From assembly GCA_964650085.1 (NCBI GenBank), contig CAZYSE010000002.1:4976-44669 (forward strand): a stretch of DNA of 39,694 nucleotides, written 5' to 3'. Of the stretch, positions 1 to 8,860 are shown one piece after another. Both the position numbers and the translations under genes were made by a program. Below the pieces are notes generated by a model. That model was given only the letters and a program-made list of their open reading frames with translations. It did not search any database and was not told the origin of the DNA. The DNA is from an uncultured Candidatus Saccharibacteria bacterium (GTDB taxonomy: Bacteria; Patescibacteriota; Dojkabacteria; J137). The number at the start of each line of letters is the position of its first letter. Within the stretch, counting starts at the first letter, position 1.

Positions 1-449
1 TTCAAAAACATATTACACTATTCGATCTCAATCGAAATCTATCATTGCAATCTAAGTTAAGCGGTGATGTAATCTATTCTTCACCGGAAGCAACTCATCA
101 TATTGTTTCGAATTCTGATGGCATATTTGCAATTGGGTTTGAATATTCTATAGCTACAAGTGAATACAAACTTATTGAAGGCTCGTTACTAAAAGACCAA
201 GTTCTTAAACCGGAAGATATTGTAAGCTATGAGTTTTACAACAATAGTAAAAATATTCTTTACACAGCAAAAACAAATATTTTTACATCTGATGTAGATG
301 GTGGTAACTTTAGAGAGATTTCTATTCCAGAAGGATATAACGTATTGGAAGCGAACATTACTACAGACAATCAGTTCATATACACAATTCTAAGAGATGA
401 GGCCACTGGAGCTATTGAGATTTACAAGATCAGTATTGTGTTGAAATAA
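1..449 (+). CDS. C-terminal fragment of a hypothetical protein; the ORF is open to the left edge (codon phase starts at nt 3)
   Basis: There is no stop codon in this frame from nt 3 to the TAA at 447-449. That is a long open frame for an AT-rich genome. No recognisable motif. Confidence 0.5.
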   Translation, partial: QKHITLFDLNRNLSLQSKLSGDVIYSSPEATHHIVSNSDGIFAIGFEYSIATSEYKLIEGSLLKDQVLKPEDIVSYEFYNNSKNILYTAKTNIFTSDVDGGNFREISIPEGYNVLEANITTDNQFIYTILRDEATGAIEIYKISIVLK

Positions 450-560
450 CACCCTGCTCCGCTAACGCGGAGCTTTCCCCTCTTATCCTTCGAGTGCCTA
501 AGGATGACACGGTGAGGCAATTGGGAGAATTACCTGCGAAAGCCGGTATCTGCTTCCTAT
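450..560. other. GC-rich structured intergenic element (candidate small RNA or 3'UTR structure)
   Basis: Three local hairpins: GCTCCGC-TAAC-GCGGAGC (456-473), ATCCTT-N9-AAGGAT (485-505) and TACCtGC-GAAA-GCcGGTA (531-548, GNRA loop). GC content is well above the surroundings. The element shares the block TTTCCCCTCTT with the element at 21121-21131. Confidence 0.35.
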
Positions 561-589
561 TGTTATAACTGATGAGTACTAAAAAGAAA

Positions 590-622
590 GATCCCGATTT
601 TCATCGGGAATTCTTTACTTTT
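590..622. terminator. Bidirectional intrinsic terminator between convergent genes
   Basis: Stem TCCCGAT(592-598)/ATCGGGA(603-609) with loop TTTC. T-runs follow on both strands (TTCTTTACTTTT forward, CTTTCTTTTT reverse). Confidence 0.7.
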
Positions 623-665
623 GAATTTTGGTATTGGATATTAGATCTTCTTGCTTTAGCAAGTA

Positions 666-2402
666 TCACATCATGAATTGTTTTTCGTCTTCGATGTCTC
701 TAAGGTCGGTAACTCTTTTAGTCGCGTAGAAATTGTTCTTGTTATATCCCTCTTCTACTTTCTTTACAATACTCTGCAACTCTTCAACTGTGACTGCAGT
801 ATAAAGTTTGTCTTTTTCGTCTTCATTTAATAAAGCCTCTAGTGAAGGAAGCTTTTCTTTCCAAGCAGGTCCGAAAAGAATCACTGGTTTATGTTTTCCA
901 TAGTACATTTTTTGCATTGCTAATAGGAAAACGATGTCTGTTAAGTTAACAAGACCTTGTGATTCAACCACAATGAAAAGTTCTGCACTTGTGTAAAGAT
1001 ATCTTAATCGCTCTACAATATTTGAAAACAAAGTTTCTGTATAGTTCTTTAAGTCTGGAATATCTCCGTTTGGTTCATCAGAGTAGGCAGAGAAATACGG
1101 TCTAAGATAAGCACCGTTGATTTCTAAATTAGATGCATCTTTTAGTTCTTCCATAACAACACTTCCATAACCTCTAGAAGAGTCTAGGAATATTCTGGCT
1201 GTGTTTGCTTTTAAGCTTCCTACCAATTGTCTCAACAATGTTTTGTACGAATCGCTCTCTAATCCAGAGTTTAGACCAATTAACGCAATATCTTTAAAGT
1301 ATTTCAGTTCCATGTTTGCAGCTGCTGGTAAGTTTTCGACTTTTTGAGATTCTTCAGTTTTTAATGGCTCAACTTTCAGAGTCTCTGTTGGAACTGTTTT
1401 AGCTTCCATTACTTTAGGTTCAACAGGCTTTACAGCTGGTTTAGCCGACTCTACTTTAGATTCAGGAGCCTTTGCCACCATTTCATCAAGCCAACTTAAG
1501 TCTATACTTTCTTGCTTGATATCAGGTGCGGTAACCTTTGCTTCCACTTTAGGAGTTTCTGCAATTGGTTGTGATACATCAGGCACTGTAGGTGTCGATT
1601 GTACTGGCGCTGGTTTTGTTTCTAAAGCAGACCAATCTATTTGAGGTTGAACCGCAGGCTTTGGTGCTTCGACTACTGGTTCAGGTTTATTGAAATTTGA
1701 TACTGTATCTGCAACACTTGGTGATGGATAAAAGCTACTTAGATCTACTTCTTGAGTAGCAGGCCTCGAGTCCAATGACTGTGGGTTGTTATTAAACACC
1801 AAAGTATCCATTGGAGGATTAAAATCGTCATATTTGGGTGCGGCATTTTCTGTGTCTGATGCAACTTGTGTAGTTAATGACATGTTCTGCGCAGGCTGTT
1901 GATTCATTAATATATTCTCAGGGGGTGTTGTTAGTGGATTTGTAGCTGGCTGTACTGGATTAGGTGTATTCGAAAAGTTTACACTAGATAATTCGGCGTT
2001 AAAATCGAGTTCTTTATCTTCCAAATCTAATGAGTCCACTTTTTGTTGTGAATTCTCTGGTGTTGTCAGCTTCATTCCGCCATCTAGTACCGCGGTTTGA
2101 GCAGCAGCTGGTTGCAATGTATTAGGTAGATTTGTAGGTTGAAATTGGTTTGGGTCAGATCCAAACACAGGTGCAACTGGTTCTTGTGAAGGCGTTGCTT
2201 GTACTGCTGGTCCTCCATAGTTTGGTGTAAGTGGAGCTCCGGCTGATGGCAATGGATAAGATACGGATGAGTTTCCAAAAAAACTTCCGTAACTCGCCTG
2301 GACATCATTTTGATCGTCATCAGTTTGAGTCTGATAACCTGTAGTTGCTTGTTGAGTGTTGTTATTCTGTGTATTTTTCTTTAGAAAATCTAATACTCCC
2401 AT
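666..2402 (-). CDS. Protein with a long Pro/Gln/Thr-rich disordered N-terminal region and a C-terminal LOG/TIGR00730-like Rossmann domain whose catalytic motif is degenerate
   Basis: The C-terminal ~200 aa follow the LOG-family pattern (IALIGLNSG..., FIVVESQGLVNLTD in place of PGGxGTxxE, KPVILFG). The first ~370 aa are low complexity. Confidence 0.45.
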   Translation of the reverse strand: MGVLDFLKKNTQNNNTQQATTGYQTQTDDDQNDVQASYGSFFGNSSVSYPLPSAGAPLTPNYGGPAVQATPSQEPVAPVFGSDPNQFQPTNLPNTLQPAAAQTAVLDGGMKLTTPENSQQKVDSLDLEDKELDFNAELSSVNFSNTPNPVQPATNPLTTPPENILMNQQPAQNMSLTTQVASDTENAAPKYDDFNPPMDTLVFNNNPQSLDSRPATQEVDLSSFYPSPSVADTVSNFNKPEPVVEAPKPAVQPQIDWSALETKPAPVQSTPTVPDVSQPIAETPKVEAKVTAPDIKQESIDLSWLDEMVAKAPESKVESAKPAVKPVEPKVMEAKTVPTETLKVEPLKTEESQKVENLPAAANMELKYFKDIALIGLNSGLESDSYKTLLRQLVGSLKANTARIFLDSSRGYGSVVMEELKDASNLEINGAYLRPYFSAYSDEPNGDIPDLKNYTETLFSNIVERLRYLYTSAELFIVVESQGLVNLTDIVFLLAMQKMYYGKHKPVILFGPAWKEKLPSLEALLNEDEKDKLYTAVTVEELQSIVKKVEEGYNKNNFYATKRVTDLRDIEDEKQFMM

Positions 2403-2521
2403 AGAAATTTAGTTAACTTAGTTACTACATATAAAATACAGTAAAACCGATGTGACTACAAGAAAAATACTTGTAAAGATTCAAGGAAGAAGGTGAAAGG
2501 TACAGTGCTGAATCTTTGAGC

Positions 2522-2785
2522 TTATGTGAGAGGATCGTTATCAAGTTCAATCTCGAATTCGCCGTTAACTACAGATTCTAGATGCTCGAGCATATCTTCA
2601 AAATCTTGTCCTTCGACTCCATGAAGGCCTGCACCATCCTTAAGATTGTCAAAATCAGAGAAAAGACAGTTAACGCAGTGAAATTCGTAATCTTCGGTTA
2701 GCACATCTACCAATTGTGGGTAGGTATCTATCAGTTCAGATATTTGAATGTGTGGATCTATTTTTATTTTTTTACTTTTTTCCAT
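2522..2785 (-). CDS. DUF1858-like / hybrid-cluster-protein-associated redox disulfide domain protein
   Basis: 87 aa with the pattern I.ELIDTYPQLVDVL...HCVNC...L.DGAGLHG typical of this small family. It overlaps the upstream M16 gene by 22 nt. Confidence 0.55.
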   Translation of the reverse strand: MEKSKKIKIDPHIQISELIDTYPQLVDVLTEDYEFHCVNCLFSDFDNLKDGAGLHGVEGQDFEDMLEHLESVVNGEFEIELDNDPLT

Positions 2786-4095
2786 GCTTCAGTAATTTTG
2801 TCATTCATTTCATCAGGTTGCAATGTTGATACTGCGCCAATGTTAACTTTGCTCCAATCGTAAGATTCTTTTATTTTCTGAATAATTTCAGAGAACTCGA
2901 TACCTTTTACAAGATCAATGTACTCTTCAAGTTGATAGCTTTGGCCGTGCAATTCTTGTTCTCTGTCTTGCTTAATTATCCAATTTAAAACCTGTTCTGG
3001 ATTGTCATATCGCATTTCTTCAGTATCGATAACTCTCTTTAAAATCATTTTGAATATTTCTTCTCCTTCACCTTTCTCCTTTATTCTTTCAATTCCTGAA
3101 TAAGCCTCCTCCAGTACAGTCTGAAGATTATCTGGGGCGAAAGAAGTTTCGATATAATTCATAGATCTACTGAACAATCCCAAGTTATCTGCATAGACTC
3201 CATAAACCATTCCAAGCTCCTCTCGAAGTCTGCGCCACAAAATAGACTTCTGAAACTGCGGGTTAGCTACAACATAATTAGCAAATTTAGAAATTAATCT
3301 ATCTCTGAACGAATGATCTTTGAGAGTTAATCCTGGGAAGCTTAAAGTTAGATAAAGCTGATCAACGTCACCTTTATACTTAGAATCCACTGAAAACTCC
3401 GTGTATTCTGGGAACTTCGATTCGTATTCGTGAATAGCAGCAGTAGATTTTGTTAAGCCAGAAAAATGTTTTTCTAGGGATTTTTTTAAATCGTCGAGTT
3501 CAAAATTTCCAACTATAAAGATCTCGATGTTGTCTGTAGTGTAGTTTCTTTCGTAAAAACTGCGTAAATCTTCACGAGTATACTTTTTTAGATTTTCTTC
3601 TGTTCCAATAATTTGTCTGCTAAATGAAGTATTTTTCTCAGCAAATCTAGATTCTAAAAGAACTTCGATCACTTTTGTATCAACTGAGTCTGCATCTCTT
3701 TTTAGCTCGTCAAGTATGATTCCTCTTTCTTTTTCTACATCTTCTTTCGTATGTAGTGGGTGAACCACAAGCTGGCTATAGTATTTAATGGCATCATCTA
3801 AATATCTGTATGGATAAACTCCGTGAAATGAGGTTACATCAAATGTTGTGTAAGCGTTACCACTTCCGCTAATGGAATTAGAAAAGTCGTCAACCTCTTC
3901 CCATGTTTTAAACTCCTTTGTGCCGTCAAAAGCTAAATGTTCAAGAAAATGAGAAATACCAGTGTTTTTTTCATCTTCGTCTAGTGAACCAATTTTAACT
4001 GTAACGTTTATACTTACAGAGTGGATATCCGTAACGCGATAACAGATACACTTAATACCGTTACTAAGATAGAATTTATGGCTTTGACCCTTCAT
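2764..4095 (-). CDS. M16 (pitrilysin/insulinase) family zinc peptidase
   Basis: The inverted zinc motif HxxEH is present as HFLEH near the N-terminus. The 443 aa length is typical. A TGTTATAAT box lies upstream on the minus strand. Confidence 0.85.
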   Translation of the reverse strand: MKGQSHKFYLSNGIKCICYRVTDIHSVSINVTVKIGSLDEDEKNTGISHFLEHLAFDGTKEFKTWEEVDDFSNSISGSGNAYTTFDVTSFHGVYPYRYLDDAIKYYSQLVVHPLHTKEDVEKERGIILDELKRDADSVDTKVIEVLLESRFAEKNTSFSRQIIGTEENLKKYTREDLRSFYERNYTTDNIEIFIVGNFELDDLKKSLEKHFSGLTKSTAAIHEYESKFPEYTEFSVDSKYKGDVDQLYLTLSFPGLTLKDHSFRDRLISKFANYVVANPQFQKSILWRRLREELGMVYGVYADNLGLFSRSMNYIETSFAPDNLQTVLEEAYSGIERIKEKGEGEEIFKMILKRVIDTEEMRYDNPEQVLNWIIKQDREQELHGQSYQLEEYIDLVKGIEFSEIIQKIKESYDWSKVNIGAVSTLQPDEMNDKITEAWKKVKK

Positions 4096-4135
4096 ATAAT
4101 GTTCCTAATCGGTGATATTATAACACCAGGCGACG

Positions 4136-4152
4136 AAGCTAGAAGTTCGAAA
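4136..4152 (+). repeat. Dispersed 17-mer AAGCTAGAAGTTCGAAA, copy 1
   Basis: Identical to 36785-36801. It is one mismatch from the reverse complement of 16752-16768 and one mismatch from 6881-6897. Confidence 0.8.
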
Positions 4153-4259
4153 TTAGAAGATAGAAAATACGAAGAGGCGAAGATACTAAGATACGAGAAC
4201 AAAGATGTCAGGGATTAGCTTAACTTGAACATTACCTTAATAAACCGTAATATGGTTGT

Positions 4260-4925
4260 ATGATAGATATTAATAAGCTCAAAAGTGCAAAATTGTTCCG
4301 CTGGACTAGAGATTACTTGTTTGAAGTTGTAGCTAAGATTGTATTGGATGACCCTATTCTGCTATCGGGTTTTAAAGAAATTGATAGGGCTGACTTTGTC
4401 CCGGAAAAGCTAAGAGATTCGGCATATTCAGATACGGAAATCGAAGTGGCTTATGGCGAAAAACTCACAAGTCCAGTAATTCTTGCAGATATGCTTGCCC
4501 AACTAAAACCAGTTCCAGGTGGAGTTTATCTAGATATTGGTACAGGAACGGGTTATGCAGCTGCACTATTAGCCTACTGTGCTACAGATTCTGGTAAGGT
4601 TTACAGTATGGAAAGAGTCCAATGGCTTTGGGAAGCAGCAAGAGCAAGTATCAAAAAGTATAAGTTTAACAATATTGAGGTAGTTTATAGAGATGGTCTT
4701 GAAGGCCTACCACTAAAAGCTCCATTTGATGGGATTCATGTTTCATTTATAATAGAACCTAGTACTGTAGATAAGCTAAAGACGCAATTGAAGCAAGCCA
4801 ATGGTAGGATGGTTTTCCCCGACACGAATAATAATATTGTTGTTTTAGAGAGAAATGGCGACAACTACACACAAGAAATTGTAAGAGGTCATGTTTTTCA
4901 GAGTGGGAAAATTGGTTTAGCTTAA
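4260..4925 (+). CDS. pcm: Protein-L-isoaspartate O-methyltransferase
   Basis: SAM-binding motif I YLDIGTGTGYAAALLA and typical PIMT length and architecture. Confidence 0.8.
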   Translation: MIDINKLKSAKLFRWTRDYLFEVVAKIVLDDPILLSGFKEIDRADFVPEKLRDSAYSDTEIEVAYGEKLTSPVILADMLAQLKPVPGGVYLDIGTGTGYAAALLAYCATDSGKVYSMERVQWLWEAARASIKKYKFNNIEVVYRDGLEGLPLKAPFDGIHVSFIIEPSTVDKLKTQLKQANGRMVFPDTNNNIVVLERNGDNYTQEIVRGHVFQSGKIGLA

Positions 4926-5251
4926 TTAATCTTTGAAAGTTTTCCTTCGCCAACTAAATAAACTGCAGGTAGTGTAATGTCGTATTTAGATAGAGTTTCT
5001 TCTGCTAATTGTTCAGCCTTAATCTTGTATCCTTTTATAGATCTTAGTGTCGTTTCGCTTTGTAACTTAGAGTCGCACCAACCGCACCAATTAGTTTCTA
5101 CCACCAACACGCTCAGATCTTGTGAGCTGATAAGGGATTCAATCTCGGAAACTTGCTCAACAGCATCGTTGGAGTACACATCTACTTTCAAGTATCCCCC
5201 TAATGTAAGGGCTCCTAAAACTAAAACTGTGACTAAAATGTATTTCTTCAT
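4922..5251 (-). CDS. Membrane-anchored or secreted thioredoxin-like protein
   Basis: N-terminal hydrophobic signal or anchor, plus the CxxC motif WCGWC. Confidence 0.6.
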   Translation of the reverse strand: MKKYILVTVLVLGALTLGGYLKVDVYSNDAVEQVSEIESLISSQDLSVLVVETNWCGWCDSKLQSETTLRSIKGYKIKAEQLAEETLSKYDITLPAVYLVGEGKLSKIN

Positions 5252-5325
5252 ATTCGCGATATAAAGAATATCAACAAATAGAAGTTATGTAAAGTCTTTC
5301 CTGCAATCGTATTGTATAATCGGGT

Positions 5326-6114
5326 ATGTTAGATTTTAATAAAACCATTACCCTACTTGGCGGACAGGCTTTTAACTGGAAGCAGGTAGCAAACAAATAT
5401 ATTGGGTTTACCTCAACTTCAATTTTGGTATTATCTGAGCGTTTAGAGGTATTCGGAGACCAATTTTTTGAATTTAATAACTACTTCGGCTACAAAGCAA
5501 ATCTCAATTTCCCTCAAGATGAGAATATTATTCAGGCAATTAGAGAGTATGGTGACTTACGAATATTAAATCAAGATTTTGAACAAACCTTATTAAGTTT
5601 CATACTAACTTCACACAAAAATATTAAGGCTGTTAGAAAGTTAATTGGCGACATTTCAGAGAAATACGGTACTACTATTAAAACACCTTATGGTGATTTT
5701 AAAACATTTCCAACTGCCGAAGCTTTATCTAGCGCTAGCGAGGAAGATTTAAGAAAACTTGGTTGCGGTTTTCGTGCTCGCTATCTACTTTTAGCGGCGC
5801 AAAAGCTGGCTTCAGAAAGGGATGTTTACAAAAAGTTTCTTACAAGACAAGAATGGGAAGAATATTTGATTCAATTTGTTGGAGTTGGCGAAAAAATTCG
5901 AGACTGTGTTCTTGTGTTTGGACTTGGTTTTAAGGATATTACCCCTCTAGATATCTGGGGAAAACGAGTTCTTGTTCAATACTATGGTGTCGATCCAAAA
6001 CTGAGTTATAATGAAATGAGAATGAAATTTACAGAAATGTTTGGCGAGAACACAGCAATTGTGGGCCAATACCTATTTGAATACATAAGGGACGAAGCTC
6101 GAAGCTTTAAGTAA
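5326..6114 (+). CDS. 8-oxoguanine DNA glycosylase / AP lyase (OGG1-type HhH-GPD)
   Basis: HhH-GPD signature GVGEKIRDCVLVFGLG...PLDIW with the catalytic Lys and Asp in OGG1-like spacing. Confidence 0.7.
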   Translation: MLDFNKTITLLGGQAFNWKQVANKYIGFTSTSILVLSERLEVFGDQFFEFNNYFGYKANLNFPQDENIIQAIREYGDLRILNQDFEQTLLSFILTSHKNIKAVRKLIGDISEKYGTTIKTPYGDFKTFPTAEALSSASEEDLRKLGCGFRARYLLLAAQKLASERDVYKKFLTRQEWEEYLIQFVGVGEKIRDCVLVFGLGFKDITPLDIWGKRVLVQYYGVDPKLSYNEMRMKFTEMFGENTAIVGQYLFEYIRDEARSFK

Positions 6115-6176
6115 GAAGATCGAAAAACGAAAACGTAGTCAAACTACTACTCAAAATATTACCTGCTGAGAAAACT

Positions 6177-7082
6177 ATGAACAAAGTTGTTGAGGTCAAA
6201 AACTTTAGTAAATCTTTTGGGAATGTAAAAGCTGTATCGAATTTGAGCTTTGATGTTTTAGAAGGAGAAACTTTCGCATTCCTGGGTGCGAACGGTTCTG
6301 GTAAAACTACAACTATTAGAAGCCTTTTGGGGATATACTCCTCAGATGAAGGTGAATTAAAAGTGTTTGGTGCCCCATTCAGTACCGAAAAGACTAACTT
6401 AATTGGGTATTTACCTGAAGAAAGAGGTCTTTACCTAAACTCCACCGTAGAAGAAGTCATTTCGTATTTTGCAGAACTTAAGGGCGTTTCTAAGGCAGAT
6501 AGCAGTGTTTGGTTAAAAAATTACTTAGAAAGAGTAGAAATTCCAGATAAGGCAAAGACTAAAATTAAAAAACTGTCATCCGGACAGCAACAGAAAGTTC
6601 AGTTAGGAGTTACTCTTGTGAACAATCCTAAACTTCTGATTTTGGACGAACCTACAAAAGGTTTGGACCCTGTAAACAGAAGTATCTTCATGAACCTTTT
6701 CAAAGAAATGAATGCTAAGGGAACAACAATTATTTTTAGTACCCATCAGTTAGACGAAGTAGAAAGCATTGCAAATAGAGTTTTGATAATCAAACAAGGA
6801 AAAGAAAAAGTGTCGGGTACAATTTCAGAAATAAAAAAACAGTTTGCTGAAGATACATATCAGGTAAAGCTAGAAGATAGAAGCTTGAAGTTCGAAAGTG
6901 CGGAAATCATAACCGTTGTTTCGGAAAATAAAGGCAACTACTTTATAAAGCTGAATGCAAATAAAACGTTCGAAGATTTGTTGAAGTATTTTTTGGAGAA
7001 TAAAATTTTTCCTATTGAAATAAATAAGGACAAAATGACTTTGAATGAAATTTTTATAAAAGTTAACACCGAAAATGAATAA
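6177..7082 (+). CDS. ABC transporter ATP-binding protein (ABC-2 exporter type)
   Basis: Walker A GANGSGKTT, signature LSSGQQQK and Walker B LLILDEPT. Confidence 0.9.
   Translation: MNKVVEVKNFSKSFGNVKAVSNLSFDVLEGETFAFLGANGSGKTTTIRSLLGIYSSDEGELKVFGAPFSTEKTNLIGYLPEERGLYLNSTVEEVISYFAELKGVSKADSSVWLKNYLERVEIPDKAKTKIKKLSSGQQQKVQLGVTLVNNPKLLILDEPTKGLDPVNRSIFMNLFKEMNAKGTTIIFSTHQLDEVESIANRVLIIKQGKEKVSGTISEIKKQFAEDTYQVKLEDRSLKFESAEIITVVSENKGNYFIKLNANKTFEDLLKYFLENKIFPIEINKDKMTLNEIFIKVNTENE
6881..6897 (+). repeat. 17-mer family copy inside a CDS (AAGCTTGAAGTTCGAAA, 1 mismatch)
   Basis: It lies within the C-terminal region of the ABC ATPase. It is preceded by CTAGAAGATAGAAG, which also occurs at 4153-4166. 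Confidence 0.6.
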
Positions 7083-8277
7083 GCTACTTATAGTTGCAAA
7101 AAGAGAGTTTACAAAAGTTATAAAAACTAAGACTTTTTGGTTGTCGACACTTTTCTTCCCTATATTTATCGTTTTGGTAAGTGTAGTTTCCACTCTTTCT
7201 GCAAGTGAGTCGGAAAAACTGATTGAACGGTTACGTAGCGATGAAACTAAAATTCTAATTCAAGATGATTCTGGACTAGTTAATAAGCAATTATTTGAGA
7301 ATTATTATTCGTTCACAAATAAAAAAGAAGAGGCTGTAGATAAAGTAAAAAACGCTGAGTTCGACGCATACATTTATATCCCACGAGACCCGCTTACTTC
7401 CCAGAGTGAAGTTTACATTCAAGATAAAGGGCTGTTAGCCAATGGTAGATTTAATTCAGAAGCAAGTGAGTTATTAAAGCAAAGTGTGTTATCACATCTA
7501 GATAGCTCGTTAATAGCGATTGTAAATACTCCAAAAGAATCTACTGTAACAGTTTTTAAGGACGGAGAAGTTGTTGATTCTTCCTTCTCACGTTTCGTTG
7601 TACCGATAGTCTCTGTGGCTATTTACTTTATTCTAACAATGCTCGCTACCAATTATTTATTGATGAGTGTTTCGGAAGAAAAAGAAAATCGAGTCATTGA
7701 AGTTGTACTTTCTACAGTAACTCCAAGGCAACTAATCTGGGGAAAGATTCTTGGTCAGGTTCTAGTAATCATTACTCAACTAATTGTACTGCTTACACTT
7801 TGTATGTTTGCCATTGCCGGGCTATCAACATTTTCTACCTTACAAATTGATTTATCGAGCATTAATGTATCAATTCCACAGATTTTAGTTTCCGTTGTGA
7901 TAGTTATTTTAAGTTTCCTATTCATCGCTGCTACTATGGTTGGAGTCGGTGCTAGTACACCTACCTACAAAGAAGCACAGAACTTTTCTGCAATATTCAT
8001 AATGATTTCAATATTTCCGGTCTACTTCTTTACAATTATTCTTGCAGAACCGGCTGGACAATTAGCCCAAATATTAAGCTATGTTCCGTTTACTTCGGGA
8101 TTTATTCTTGTTTTTAGAAACGCTCTAGATGCTATTTCCCCAATAGAATTGATTTCAGGCATTTTAGCTTTGGCGCTGTATGCTTATTTAGCGTTTATTC
8201 TTGCGTACAAACTGTTCGAGAAGGGATCAATGGAATACGGAAAACGGTTGGGATTAAAGGACTTAAGATCGAAATAA
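7075..8277 (+). CDS. ABC-2 family transporter permease (NatB-like)
   Basis: Overlaps the ATPase gene by 8 nt. It has one N-terminal TM helix, a large extracytoplasmic loop and about 5 C-terminal TM helices. Confidence 0.75.
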   Translation: MNKLLIVAKREFTKVIKTKTFWLSTLFFPIFIVLVSVVSTLSASESEKLIERLRSDETKILIQDDSGLVNKQLFENYYSFTNKKEEAVDKVKNAEFDAYIYIPRDPLTSQSEVYIQDKGLLANGRFNSEASELLKQSVLSHLDSSLIAIVNTPKESTVTVFKDGEVVDSSFSRFVVPIVSVAIYFILTMLATNYLLMSVSEEKENRVIEVVLSTVTPRQLIWGKILGQVLVIITQLIVLLTLCMFAIAGLSTFSTLQIDLSSINVSIPQILVSVVIVILSFLFIAATMVGVGASTPTYKEAQNFSAIFIMISIFPVYFFTIILAEPAGQLAQILSYVPFTSGFILVFRNALDAISPIELISGILALALYAYLAFILAYKLFEKGSMEYGKRLGLKDLRSK

Positions 8278-8316
8278 GTTTTAGATATTGGGACTTGGAA
8301 ATTGAAATTTCTGATT

Positions 8317-8859
8317 TTAGATGTCTTTCGCTTCGTCTCGATCTCTTTTCTTAAGTTCTGCTGCTGTATATAACTCTTCTGGATCTTTTACGTAACTTAA
8401 AAATAGCTTTCCATCTAAATGATCAATTTCGTGCTGAAATACATGAGACTGGTAACCTCTTACTTTAACTTTCTTTTTCTTGCCGTTTACATCGAAGTAT
8501 TCAACCTCTACTTCCATTGGTCTTTCAACTTTTCCGAATAAATCTCCCTGCTTGATACTTAGGCAACCTTCCCACTCCACAGACTTTTCTTCTGATTTGT
8601 AAGTGATTTTTGGATTAATAACAACTTCCCAAATCATTTCTTTTGGTTTTGACTCTTCTAGATCGAATCGTCTTAGAACAGTAATTCTTTTGTCATAACC
8701 TATTTGTGGTGCGGCTAATCCAGCTGCGTGGTCAATTTTGCTTTCAATAGTTTCAAATAGCTCTTGAATTATCTCGGTAACTTCCGAGGACATAGGGTCT
8801 TTTATATCTTGAGTAGGAGTCTCCAAAATTGGATCGCCCATTTGTATTATTTGCTTCAT
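8317..8859 (-). CDS. def: Peptide deformylase
   Basis: All three signature motifs are present: GLAAPQIG, EGCLS and QHEIDHLDG. Confidence 0.95.
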   Translation of the reverse strand: MKQIIQMGDPILETPTQDIKDPMSSEVTEIIQELFETIESKIDHAAGLAAPQIGYDKRITVLRRFDLEESKPKEMIWEVVINPKITYKSEEKSVEWEGCLSIKQGDLFGKVERPMEVEVEYFDVNGKKKKVKVRGYQSHVFQHEIDHLDGKLFLSYVKDPEELYTAAELKKRDRDEAKDI

Positions 8860-8860
8860 T

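Noticed and set aside
450-560. SRP (4.5S) RNA or an RNase P RNA fragment. The minus strand contains GGAAGCAG and GGGGAAAGCUCC...GCAGGGUG, which resemble conserved blocks of those RNAs.
   Set aside because: The GGAAGCAG block is not preceded by the SRP GNAR-tetraloop helix. An RNase P RNA would need about 300 more nt and would run through a long, probably genuine ORF (1-449). The resemblance is limited to short motifs.
569-576. Hammerhead ribozyme core CUGAUGAG.
   Set aside because: No stem II hairpin follows the motif, and no properly placed GAAA/stem III/cleavage-site arrangement could be drawn.
4021-4218. 65-aa ORF on the plus strand.
   Set aside because: It overlaps the 5' end of the M16 peptidase gene in antisense and otherwise lies in the purine-rich repeat tract. 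It has no start context or motif.
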